DNA of 64,000 bases from Phaeosaccion multiseriatum (Eukaryota > Protista > Ochrophyta, other classes). The stretch lies in assembly GCA_965112735.1 (NCBI GenBank), contig OZ218952.1, positions 5,084,001 to 5,148,000 of the forward strand, given 5' to 3'. The notes under the pieces are model-generated. The model was given only the letters and a program-made list of their open reading frames with translations, ran no database searches and was not told the origin of the DNA. Shown one piece after another: positions 10,601-22,443 of the stretch. Position 1 is the stretch's first letter. Each line of letters starts with the position of its first letter. A program made the position numbers and the translations under genes.

Positions 10601-13600
10601 TCTTGCCCTATGCAGCTGGCAGTCGAAAGGCTGTAAAACTCGGCACCCTGTGATTGAAGGGGCGCAAGGTGGTGTGGACGAGATAAGAAAGCCGCAGGAC
10701 AACAGACAGATACAGCGTGGAGGTCCGGAGATGGGGGGAAATTTGAGGTGTGGGACGTGTAGCGATACGATAGGAGCAAGACACACAACCCTAAGCCAGG
10801 TGCAGCAGGAGCGGACTTGGGGCGCACGATTACTCACCCCACAGGACGCATCCCTCCAGCAGCTGGCAGTCGAAGTGTTGTAAAAATGGGCTTGCTGTGA
10901 TTGAAGGGGCGCAAGGTAGGTGTGCACGAGAAAAGAGGGCCGCAGGACAGCAGACGGATACAGTGTGGAGGTCAGGAGATGGGGGAAGCTTGAGGTGAGG
11001 GCCGCGCAGCGATACAACAGGAGCGAGACACACAAAGCTAACCCAAATGACAGCGAGAGCGGACCTGGGCCGCACGATTACTCACGTCACAGGAGTCTTG
11101 CCCCTTGCAGCTGGCCGTCGAAGTGTTGTAAAACTCGGCATCCTGTGATTGAAGGGGGGGCAGGGGGGTATGGACGAGACAAGAGGGCCGCAGAGGGGTA
11201 CATTGGGGAGGTCAGCAGAGGGGGAAGCTTGAGGTGAGGGCCGCGCAGCGATACAACAGGAGCGAGACACACAAAGCCAACCCAAATGACAGCGAGAGCG
11301 GACATGATCCGCCCGATTACTCACCCCACAGGAACTTCTCCCCGTGCAGCTGGCAGTCAAATTGTCGTAAAACTCGGCTTCCTGCGATTGAAGTGGGGCC
11401 AGAGGGGTATGGACGAGATAAAAAGACCGCAGGTCAGCAGAGGGATTTGTGTGGAGGTCAGGAGAGGTGGGAAGCTTGAAGTGTGGGACGTGTAGCGGTA
11501 GGATAGGAGCAAGACACACAACCCTAAGCCAGGTGGCAGCAGGAGCGGACTTGGGCCGCACGATTACTCACGTTACAGGACTTTCGCCCCGTGCATTGGG
11601 CAGTCGAAGTGTCGTGAAAATTGGCATCCTGTGATGGAACGGGCGCAAAGTGAGTGTGGCCGCAGGTCAGCAGAGAGGGGTACAGTGTGGAGGTCAGGAG
11701 AGGGGGGAAGCGTGAGGTGAGGGCCGCGCAGCGATACAACAGGAGCGAGACACACAAAGCTAACCCAAATGACAGCGAGAGCGGACCTGGGCCGCACAAT
11801 TACTCACGTTACAGGACTCTTGCCCTATGCAGCTGGCAGTCGAAAGGCTGTAAAACTCGGCACCCTGTGATTGAAGGGGCGCAAGGTGGTGTGGACGAGA
11901 TAAGAAAGCCGCAGGACAACAGACAGATACAGCGTGGAGGTCCGGAGATGGGGGGAAATTTGAGGTGTGGGACGTGTGGCGATACGATAGGAGCAAGACA
12001 CACAACCCTAAGCCAGGTGCAGCAGGAGCGGACTTGGGGCGCACGATTACTCACCCCACAGGACGCATCCCTCCAGCAGCTGGCAGTCGAAGTGTTGTAA
12101 CAGACGGATACAGTGTGGAGGTCAGGAGATGGGGGAAGCTTGAGGTGAGGGCCGCGCAGCGATACAACAGGAGCGAGACACACAAAGCTAACCCAAATGA
12201 CAGCGAGAGCGGACCTGGGCCGCACGATTACTCACGTCACAGGAGTCTTGCCCCTTGCAGCTGGCCGTCGAAGTGTTGTAAAACTCGGCATCCTGTGATT
12301 GAAGGGGGGGCAGGGGGGTATGGACGAGACAAGAGGGCCGCAGAGGGGTACATTGGGGAGGTCAGCAGAGGGGGAAGCTTGAGGTGAGGGCCGCGCAGCG
12401 ATACAACAGGAGCGAGACACACAAAGCCAACCCAAATGACAGCGAGAGCGGACATGATCCGCCCGATTACTCACCCCACAGGAACTTCTCCCCGTGCAGC
12501 TGGCAGTCAAATTGTCGTAAAACTCGGCTTCCTGCGATTGAAGTGGGGCCAGAGGGGTATGGACGAGATAAAAAGACCGCAGGTCAGCAGAGGGATTTGT
12601 GTGGAGGTCAGGAGAGGTGGGAAGCTTGAAGTGTGGGACGTGTAGCGGTAGGATAGGAGCAAGACACACAACCCTAAGCCAGGTGGCAGCAGGAGCGGAC
12701 TTGGGCCGCACGATTACTCACGTTACAGGACTTTCGCCCCGTGCATTGGGCAGTCGAAGTGTCGTGAAAATTGGCATCCTGTGATGGAACGGGCGCAAAG
12801 TGAGTGTGGCCGCAGGTCAGCAGAGAGGGGTACAGTGTGGAGGTCAGGAGAGGGGGGAAGCGTGAGGTGAGGGCCGCGCAGCGATACAACAGGAGCGAGA
12901 CACACAAAGCTAACCCAAATGACAGCGAGAGCGGACCTGGGCCGCACAATTACTCACGTTACAGGACTCTTGCCCTATGCAGCTGGCAGTCGAAAGGCTG
13001 TAAAACTCGGCACCCTGTGATTGAAGGGGCGCAAGGTGGTGTGGACGAGATAAGAAAGCCGCAGGACAACAGACAGATACAGCGTGGAGGTCCGGAGATG
13101 GGGGGAAATTTGAGGTGTGGGACGTGTAGCGATACGATAGGAGCAAGACACACAACCCTAAGCCAGGTGCAGCAGGAGCGGACTTGGGGCGCACGATTAC
13201 TCACCCCACAGGACGCATCCCTCCAGCAGCTGGCAGTCGAAGTGTTGTAAAAATGGGCTTGCTGTGATTGAAGGGGCGCAAGGTAGGTGTGCACGAGAAA
13301 AGAGGGCCGCAGGACAGCAGACGGATACAGTGTGGAGGTCAGGAGATGGGGGAAGCTTGAGGTGAGGGCCGCGCAGCGATACAACAGGAGCGAGACACAC
13401 AAAGCTAACCCAAATGACAGCGAGAGCGGACCTGGGCCGCACGATTACTCACGTCACAGGAGTCTTGCCCCTTGCAGCTGGCCGTCGAAGTGTTGTAAAA
13501 CTCGGCATCCTGTGATTGAAGTGGGGCAGGGGGGTATGGACGAGACAAGAGGGCCGCAGAGGGGTACATTGGGGAGGTCAGCAGAGGGGGAAGCTTGAGG

Positions 13601-16600
13601 TGAGGGCCGCGCAGCGATACAACAGGAGCGAGACACACAAAGCCAACCCAAATGACAGCGAGAGCGGACATGATCCGCCCGATTACTCACCCCACAGGAA
13701 CTTCTCCCCGTGCAGCTGGCAGTCAAATTGTCGTAAAACTCGGCTTCCTGCGATTGAAGTGGGGCCAGAGGGGTATGGACGAGATAAAAAGACCGCAGGT
13801 CAGCAGAGGGATTTGTGTGGAGGTCAGGAGAGGTGGGAAGCTTGAAGTGTGGGACGTGTAGCGGTAGGATAGGAGCAAGACACACAACCCTAAGCCAGGT
13901 GGCAGCAGGAGCGGACTTGGGCCGCACGATTACTCACGTTACAGGACTTTCGCCCCGTGCATTGGGCAGTCGAAGTGTCGTGAAAATTGGCATCCTGTGA
14001 TGGAACGGGCGCAAAGTGAGTGTGGCCGCAGGTCAGCAGAGAGGGGTACAGTGTGGAGGTCAGGAGAGGGGGGAAGCGTGAGGTGAGGGCCGCGCAGCGA
14101 TACAACAGGAGCGAGACACACAAAGCTAACCCAAATGACAGCGAGAGCGGACCTGGGCCGCACAATTACTCACGTTACAGGACTCTTGCCCTATGCAGCT
14201 GGCAGTCGAAAGGCTGTAAAACTCGGCACCCTGTGATTGAAGGGGCGCAAGGTGGTGTGGACGAGATAAGAAAGCCGCAGGACAACAGACAGATACAGCG
14301 TGGAGGTCCGGAGATGGGGGGAAATTTGAGGTGTGGGACGTGTGGCGATACGATAGGAGCAAGACACACAACCCTAAGCCAGGTGCAGCAGGAGCGGACT
14401 TGGGGCGCACGATTACTCACCCCACAGGACGCATCCCTCCAGCAGCTGGCAGTCGAAGTGTTGTAACAGACGGATACAGTGTGGAGGTCAGGAGATGGGG
14501 GAAGCTTGAGGTGAGGGCCGCGCAGCGATACAACAGGAGCGAGACACACAAAGCTAACCCAAATGACAGCGAGAGCGGACCTGGGCCGCACGATTACTCA
14601 CGTCACAGGAGTCTTGCCCCTTGCAGCTGGCCGTCGAAGTGTTGTAAAACTCGGCATCCTGTGATTGAAGGGGGGCAGGGGGGTATGGACGAGACAAGAG
14701 GGCCGCAGAGGGGTACATTGGGGAGGTCAGCAGAGGGGGAAGCTTGAGGTGAGGGCCGCGCAGCGATACAACAGGAGCGAGACACACAAAGCCAACCCAA
14801 ATGACAGCGAGAGCGGACATGATCCGCCCGATTACTCACCCCACAGGAACTTCTCCCCGTGCAGCTGGCAGTCAAATTGTCGTAAAACTCGGCTTCCTGC
14901 GATTGAAGTGGGGCCAGAGGGGTATGGACGAGATAAAAAGACCGCAGGTCAGCAGAGGGATTTGTGTGGAGGTCAGGAGAGGTGGGAAGCTTGAAGTGTG
15001 GGACGTGTAGCGGTAGGATAGGAGCAAGACACACAACCCTAAGCCAGGTGGCAGCAGGAGCGGACTTGGGCCGCACGATTACTCACGTTACAGGACTTTC
15101 GCCCCGTGCATTGGGCAGTCGAAGTGTCGTGAAAATTGGCATCCTGTGATGGAACGGGCGCAAAGTGAGTGTGGCCGCAGGTCAGCAGAGAGGGGTACAG
15201 TGTGGAGGTCAGGAGAGGGGGGAAGCGTGAGGTGAGGGCCGCGCAGCGATACAACAGGAGCGAGACACACAAAGCTAACCCAAATGACAGCGAGAGCGGA
15301 CCTGGGCCGCACAATTACTCACGTTACAGGACTCTTGCCCTATGCAGCTGGCAGTCGAAAGGCTGTAAAACTCGGCACCCTGTGATTGAAGGGGCGCAAG
15401 GTGGTGTGGACGAGATAAGAAAGCCGCAGGACAACAGACAGATACAGCGTGGAGGTCCGGAGATGGGGGGAAATTTGAGGTGTGGGACGTGTAGCGATAC
15501 GATAGGAGCAAGACACACAACCCTAAGCCAGGTGCAGCAGGAGCGGACTTGGGGCGCACGATTACTCACCCCACAGGACGCATCCCTCCAGCAGCTGGCA
15601 GTCGAAGTGTTGTAAAAATGGGCTTGCTGTGATTGAAGGGGCGCAAGGTAGGTGTGCACGAGAAAAGAGGGCCGCAGGACAGCAGACGGATACAGTGTGG
15701 AGGTCAGGAGATGGGGGAAGCTTGAGGTGAGGGCCGCGCAGCGATACAACAGGAGCGAGACACACAAAGCTAACCCAAATGACAGCGAGAGCGGACCTGG
15801 GCCGCACGATTACTCACGTCACAGGAGTCTTGCCCCTTGCAGCTGGCCGTCGAAGTGTTGTAAAACTCGGCATCCTGTGATTGAAGGGGGGGCAGGGGGG
15901 TATGGACGAGACAAGAGGGCCGCAGAGGGGTACATTGGGGAGGTCAGCAGAGGGGGAAGCTTGAGGTGAGGGCCGCGCAGCGATACAACAGGAGCGAGAC
16001 ACACAAAGCCAACCCAAATGACAGCGAGAGCGGACATGATCCGCCCGATTACTCACCCCACAGGAACTTCTCCCCGTGCAGCTGGCAGTCAAATTGTCGT
16101 AAAACTCGGCTTCCTGCGATTGAAGTGGGGCCAGAGGGGTATGGACGAGATAAAAAGACCGCAGGTCAGCAGAGGGATTTGTGTGGAGGTCAGGAGAGGT
16201 GGGAAGCTTGAAGTGTGGGACGTGTAGCGGTAGGATAGGAGCAAGACACACAACCCTAAGCCAGGTGGCAGCAGGAGCGGACTTGGGCCGCACGATTACT
16301 CACGTTACAGGACTTTCGCCCCGTGCATTGGGCAGTCGAAGTGTCGTGAAAATTGGCATCCTGTGATGGAACGGGCGCAAAGTGAGTGTGGCCGCAGGTC
16401 AGCAGAGAGGGGTACATTGGGGAGGTCAGCAGAGGGGGAAGCTTGAGGTGAGGGCCGCGCAGCGATACAACAGGAGCGAGACACACAAAGCTAACCCAAA
16501 TGACAGCGAGAGCGGACCTGGGCCGCACAATTACTCACGTTACAGGACTCTTGCCCTATGCAGCTGGCAGTCGAAAGGCTGTAAAACTCGGCACCCTGTG

Positions 16601-19600
16601 ATTGAAGGGGCGCAAGGTGGTGTGGACGAGATAAGAAAGCCGCAGGACAACAGACAGATACAGCGTGGAGGTCCGGAGATGGGGGGAAATTTGAGGTGTG
16701 GGACGTGTAGCGATACGATAGGAGCAAGACACACAACCCTAAGCCAGGTGCAGCAGGAGCGGACTTGGGGCGCACGATTACTCACCCCACAGGACGCATC
16801 CCTCCAGCAGCTGGCAGTCGAAGTGTTGTAAAAATGGGCTTGCTGTGATTGAAGGGGCGCAAGGTAGGTGTGCACGAGAAAAGAGGGCCGCAGGACAGCA
16901 GACGGATACAGTGTGGAGGTCAGGAGATGGGGGAAGCTTGAGGTGAGGGCCGCGCAGCGATACAACAGGAGCGAGACACACAAAGCTAACCCAAATGACA
17001 GCGAGAGCGGACCTGGGCCGCACGATTACTCACGTCACAGGAGTCTTGCCCCTTGCAGCTGGCCGTCGAAGTGTTGTAAAACTCGGCATCCTGTGATTGA
17101 AGGGGGGGCAGGGGGGTATGGACGAGACAAGAGGGCCGCAGAGGGGTACATTGGGGAGGTCAGCAGAGGGGGAAGCTTGAGGTGAGGGCCGCGCAGCGAT
17201 ACAACAGGAGCGAGACACACAAAGCCAACCCAAATGACAGCGAGAGCGGACATGATCCGCCCGATTACTCACCCCACAGGAACTTCTCCCCGTGCAGCTG
17301 GCAGTCAAATTGTCGTAAAACTCGGCTTCCTGCGATTGAAGTGGGGCCAGAGGGGTATGGACGAGATAAAAAGACCGCAGGTCAGCAGAGGGATTTGTGT
17401 GGAGGTCAGGAGAGGTGGGAAGCTTGAAGTGTGGGACGTGTAGCGGTAGGATAGGAGCAAGACACACAACCCTAAGCCAGGTGGCAGCAGGAGCGAACTT
17501 GGGCCGCACGATTACTCACGTTACAGGACTTTCGCCCCGTGCATTGGGCAGTCGAAGTGTCGTGAAAATTGGCATCCTGTGATGGAACGGGCGCAAAGTG
17601 GGTGTGGCCGCAGGTCAGCAGAGAGGGGTACAGTGTGGAGGTCAGGAGATGGGGGAAGCTTGAGGTGAGGGCCGCGCAGCGATACAACAGGAGCGAGACA
17701 CACAAAGCTAACCCAAATGACAGCGAGAGCGGACCTGGGCCGCACGATTACTCACGTCACAGGAGTCTTGCGCCTTGCAGCTGGCCGTCGAAGTGTTGTA
17801 AAACTCGGCATCCTGTGATTGAAGGGGGGGCAGGGGGGTATGGACGAGACAAGAGGGCCGCAGGTCAGCAGACGGATACAGTGTGGAGGTCAGAAGACGG
17901 GAGGAGCTTGAGGCGTGGGCCGTGTAGCGATACAACAGGAAGAGACACACAACTCTAAGCCATGTGGCAGCAGGAGCGGACTTGGCCCGCCCGATAACTT
18001 ACACGACAGGACTCTGGCCCCGTGCAGCTGGCCGTCGAAGTGTTGTAAAACTCGGCACCCTGTGATTGAAGTGGCGCAAGGTGGTGTGGACGAGAAAAGA
18101 GGGCCGCAGGACAGCAGAGGGGCACATTGGGGAGATGAGGAGAGGGGGGAGAGCTTGAAGTGTGAGACGTGTAGCGGTACGATAGGGGCAAAATATATCA
18201 GCCAGAAGGGTGTTGACGAGAAATGACGCAGGAGGACAGCAGAGGGACACATGGAAGAGGTTAGGAGAAGGGGCAAGATTGAGGTGTGGGTCGTGTAGCA
18301 GTACGACAGGGCGAAGGGGCGAAAGAGATGAGCAAGTAGCTGCCCGTTAATATGAACTGCCGCACGGAGGCAGCGTCCGGCACACCAAGATCACGACATG
18401 GGCGTGTTTAAAGAGCAGAGGGGGTTCCATGCATGGGTGGGGAGGAGGGGGCAGACAGGGGACAGGTGAGGGGGCAGGAGCTGCAACAACAGTCCTCCTT
18501 ACTCACTTTGCAGCTCCCCGTGTCCGCGCACTCAACGAAGCAAGTCTTCATGGCGGGCCGATAAGGCGAGATGCGCCAAAAGGGGCATATGGCAGCCATG
18601 TCGCGATGAGCAGAGCACGATTAGGGCAGCAGGAGGATGAAAGGGTGAGGGTACCTCTGTGCACACAGGGTAGGACGCAAATGGCACGAGCACGAAGATA
18701 CAATGAAGGAGAAATACAGTGGCCCCCAGCCAGCTAAATCAAAGAAAAACTCAATCGCAATCACCAGGGGATGAGGCCACACTCACAAACACCTTCTCAG
18801 TGCACACGAATCCTCCCCGCCATGCTCCCACGTAGCCAAGTCAAAACTGCCAGCGTAATGACTGCGAACACTTACCTCAAATGTGGCGCCCTGCACACGC
18901 CGAAGAAGCAACGCCATCATAAGCAGAAAGTCAGAACGGGGGTGGCCATGAAGAGCCACAGAGCCACCACAAAGAGGGTGGTGATGAAGCAGCGGCCCGC
19001 CGTGAGGACGATCGGCAGTGAGAAGGGGGGGGAATCAAAGATGACGCCCACACAATCGTTTGAGATGCGCGGTGAGTCACCACCAGGGCATGAGGGAGGC
19101 CCAGCGACAGGCAGCAGAGAAGGAGGGAGGCGGTACAGCGCAAAGGTGAGAAAGGGCGAAGGAATAAAAGTTAGTCTCGTGGCCCCAATCCTCCAAGAGG
19201 CATGACCTCATGAAGGCGTCACCATCAGCCCCAGCCCCACTCCAGCTGTCATGCCCAGCTCTTTGTATAGGTAGCGAGTCAACGACACTATTGGCAGGGG
19301 TACTCTGTACTAATAGGTAGAGGTAGAGCCGAAGTGTCTCTTGTCAGGCAGCTGGCTCTTAATGCAGCGAGAGAGAGCGCGGAGAGTGTTTTATTGGGGG
19401 GAGTCAAGTAGGGTGAGTCAAGTACGGTGAGAAGCTTTGGTGGAAGCTGCGCACCCACCAGGCAGAAGTCGTCCTCACACTTAATCGGAGAAGAGTAGCT
19501 CGTGCAGGTGCATGTGTTGGAGAGAATGTCGTAGGCTCCTCCGCCCGCCAAGCAGGCCGTCCGCATCCTCAGGTCTGAAGGTCATGGAGGATTCAGCAGG

Positions 19601-22443
19601 ATATATAGGTAGACAACAAGGCGCGGAGCAGCAAAGGAGATAAGAAGCACAAAGGGAGTGAGTAGCCCAACGGGGGGGGGGAGGGCGTGAGCGGCACGCC
19701 AGAGTAATTTTGCTTGTATGGCTTCGACATTTACGGCGGGGAAATGATCGAACGGCAGCTCAACCACGGCAGCTGACAAGTATTGATCGCCCTCATTTTA
19801 CCCCGCGGGAGCATGACGCAGCCACGTGTACTTACCGAAAGTGTATGAGTCCTCTGCGGGTGAGGGGAAAGTGCTGGCGTAGAGCTCAGTAGTGCCGTCC
19901 GCGTCGAGGATCTTGAAGCTCGCGCCGTTGATGCGGCCCTTGCATGTCTGGCAATCGAGACGGTTTGTGACCTCGCAGTACGCGATGGGTTGGTCAGCTC
20001 CGCCGGAAAGGCTCAGAGTGAGGCGGCCGGGTTCTCCTGCGTGCCCGTCGGAGTGACAGAAGGTTGTGTCGTCGTCGTCGGTGCATCGAGTGGCAAGAAA
20101 CGTGGAGGGTCTGAAGAGGGAGCTCAAGGTGATGCCGTCTAGCGGAATCTTCGTGCTGCTGCCGCCATCATAACATGCAACTTCAGCCAGATTGAGGATA
20201 CCATCAGGCCCAGGGTTAGTGTCCGCCTGGAGCACTTCAATCACGACCCGCCTGTCAGAGTTAGGGCACATGAGTAGCGAGGGCAGGGCGGGGGGAGGGA
20301 GGGCGCCGACATGTAAGACGGAGACCTCGCATGCGCTGGAGTTGATGGGCTGTCTGCACTTCGACATTTAGGCAGCAGGAGGGGTGGCTCAGTAAGGTGA
20401 GGAGAAAAGGAAGGGGCCATGGGGAGCTCTCCTTCTCAGAGGGGCACTTACTTGCCGGGATCTTGGCACAGGCGAGCAAGCAGAAGAAGAGTGCACAATG
20501 GTCCCAAGGGCAGCCATCCACGGAGCCACCCGAGCGAACGCACATGCGTTCGAAGAGGGAAGGCAATGTGAACAGCCCGTGGGAGGAGAGAATCAACACC
20601 ATCACAGAGGTCCAGACATGAGAACAGGCAAAGAGCAGATGGGAGTGAAACAAGGAGTAGGCGTCATTGTCAGGCGGTGCCCGCGATAGATCAAAGCACA
20701 CAGCCCTGTCGAAGCCGGAGGAGGAGGATAAGGGGGGTGGTACCAGCATACGAAGGGAGAGGGAGGAAAGAGGGCAAAGGAGGAGGAGGGCATGGCATAG
20801 GCTACTCGACAAGGCCAGCACATATGTTCCGCGACTACGGACAGCGCGCAAGTGAGGAGGAGGAGGAGGAGGAGGTAGAGGTGGAGGTGGAGGGGGTGGT
20901 GGTGGTGGTGGTGGTGGTGGTGGTGGAGGAGGAGGAGGAGGAGGAGGAGGTGGAGGAGGAGGAGGAGGAGGAGGAGGAGGAGGAGGAGGAGGAGGAGGAC
21001 CAGGGGGAGGAGGAGGAGGAGCGGGGATGAAGAAAGCGTCTCCCCCTGAAGCCGCACGCGGCCTTTGTGTGTTACCACCACGTCCAACCAAGTCCTCTTC
21101 AGAACACTGAGATCTCCTCACGCACCTTTGCTTCGCTCGCAGATGAAGCCAGCCGCAGGGCCAGGGTCGCTGCAGGGAATATCGCTCCAGCCGGGCAGAA
21201 GGCTGCCTCCGAAGTAATACGAGCCGCAGAGCTGCTTGCCGCGCCAATTGTTCGGCTGGTCTTCCTTCCAGCCCCATTCATCGTCTGTCACCGTTTTGTC
21301 CGCCGTCGCCGTGCCGTCTGCCCATGTGAATGCTGTTTTGCCATTGGCAGTGCCTGGTTCCCGCTCGAAGCTAACCCAGACATGGGCGTTGTTGATATCT
21401 GGGATGAGTCCCTTGACGTAGTCGTCTTCGGTCTGGTCGTTGACGGACACGAGGGCGGCCCCATTCAGCTCACACCGGGCAGTCGCTTGGTCGCGAGTGA
21501 TGCCAGGCTGAGGGACGTAGAAGTACTCCGAGGCCGAAGAGGTGTAGGTATTGCTCTGGGTGAAGTCCACTGCTCAGTGACAGCCACCCATGGTGTGTCA
21601 CAACCATTCGAGGAGTAGGGGCCGCAAGTGAAGCAGGCCGCACGGCAGCAGGAGGAAGACGCGAGCAAAAGGAGGAAGACACGAGTAGCAGCGGAAGGGT
21701 GTGTTGGGGGGCGGGTGAATTCAAATCAGTGGCTTAAGATGAGGTTAGACCAGAAGGGGAAGAGAGGGGGGGGAATACTTGTTGGAGGAGGAGGCGGGGG
21801 AGGAGGATGTGGTGGTGGAAGAGTTGGTGGAGTAGGAGGAGGAGCGAGGTGGAAGAGGATGAAGAGGGCGTTTCCCCCTTAAGCAATGCGCACAATAGTG
21901 TGGTACCGCCACATCCAACCAAGCCCTCTTCAGGCCACTACCTTACGCACCTATGCCTCGCTCGCAGACGAAGCCAACCACGTCAGTGTAGTCGCATGGA
22001 ACATCGCTCCAGCCTTGGTTATCGGTGTCTTCGAGCCAATACGAGCCGCAGAGCTGCGCGTCGCCTCTACTGTTCGGCTGACCGGTCTTCCAGCCCCATG
22101 CATTGGCCCCGTTCACCACCTCGTTCGCCGTCGCCGTGCCATCTGCCCACTTGAACGCTGTTGTGTCGCGGGTGGTGCCTGGGTCACGCTCGAAGCTAAC
22201 CCAGACATGGCCGTTGTTGACACCTTGGAGGAGATCCTTGACGTGATTGTCTTCCTCCTGAGTATTGACGGACACAAGGGCCGCCCCATAGCGCGCACAT
22301 GTGGCAATCGCTTGGTCGCGAGTGACGCCGGCCTGAGGGATGTAAACATGTTCTGAATCACTGGTGCTGTGGGACGTGAATTGCTGACAGACTGCGCGCG
22401 GTGGTGCAGCGAGGCACAACAGCAGAAAAAGGGCCCGACTCAT
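4609..22443 (-). CDS. Secreted multi-lectin protein: signal peptide, 2x C-type lectin, F-type-lectin/F5-8C-like domain, Cys linker, up to 47 exon-encoded 19-aa Cys repeats, TSP type-3 repeat
   Basis: Phase-consistent exons: 22443-21951 (MSRALFLLLCLAA...; CTLD1 with W..GQPN, WSDVPC, GFVCE), 21569-21126 (CTLD2), 20461-20452, 20251-19836 (FCHS...NRLDCQTCKGR), 19574-19459, 18890-18876, 18545-18507, then the 57-nt exon array 18059-5928. Small exons at ~5.7-5.3 kb are unresolved. 5088-5052 + 4782-4712 give [36 protein letters not shown], and the stop is at 4611-4609. No TM segment seen. Confidence 0.8.
5801..18310 (-). repeat. Tandem array of 50 ~245-bp intron+exon units; 5-mer higher-order repeat (1216-1217 bp, or 1149-1150 bp with a 67-bp deletion) in the core and divergent monomers at the edges
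   Basis: The + strand motif TACTCAC (GTGAGTA donor on -) and CTG(T/C)GATTGAAG (CTTCAATC(A/G)CAG acceptor on -) recur 57 nt apart in each unit. Near-identical ORFs recur at 9082, 10232, 11449, 12599, 13815, 14964, 16181 and 17397. Confidence 0.97.
6663..6964. mobile_element. 302-bp MITE with TGT...ACA ends and a GGCC 4-bp target duplication, inserted in an array intron
   Basis: TIRs tgtggtgattaggtggccgcagggacc / ggtccctgaggccacctaaccaccaca. Internal inverted repeat gctaataatggcttaggtccctg / cagggacctaagccattattagc. The empty site ggacttgggccgcacg is present in neighbouring units. GGCC lies at 6659-6662 and 6965-6968. Confidence 0.9.
20855..21020. repeat. (GGA)n/(GGT)n microsatellite in a lectin-gene intron
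   Basis: Directly visible trinucleotide runs. The poly-P/L/E ORFs across them are spurious. Confidence 0.95.

Noticed and set aside
5801-18310. CRISPR-like array or centromeric satellite
   Set aside because: The variable 57-nt segments are homologous to each other, bounded by splice signals and in frame with a flanking gene. The constant part is ~190 nt, no cas genes are present and the context is eukaryotic.
5801-18310. The many 60-200-aa ORFs called across the array on both strands
   Set aside because: They are read-through of intron repeats. Only the 57-nt windows show a conserved peptide pattern.
20261-21277. 338-aa poly-proline ORF
   Set aside because: It arises from an intronic (GGA)n tract and overlaps the CTLD exon out of frame.
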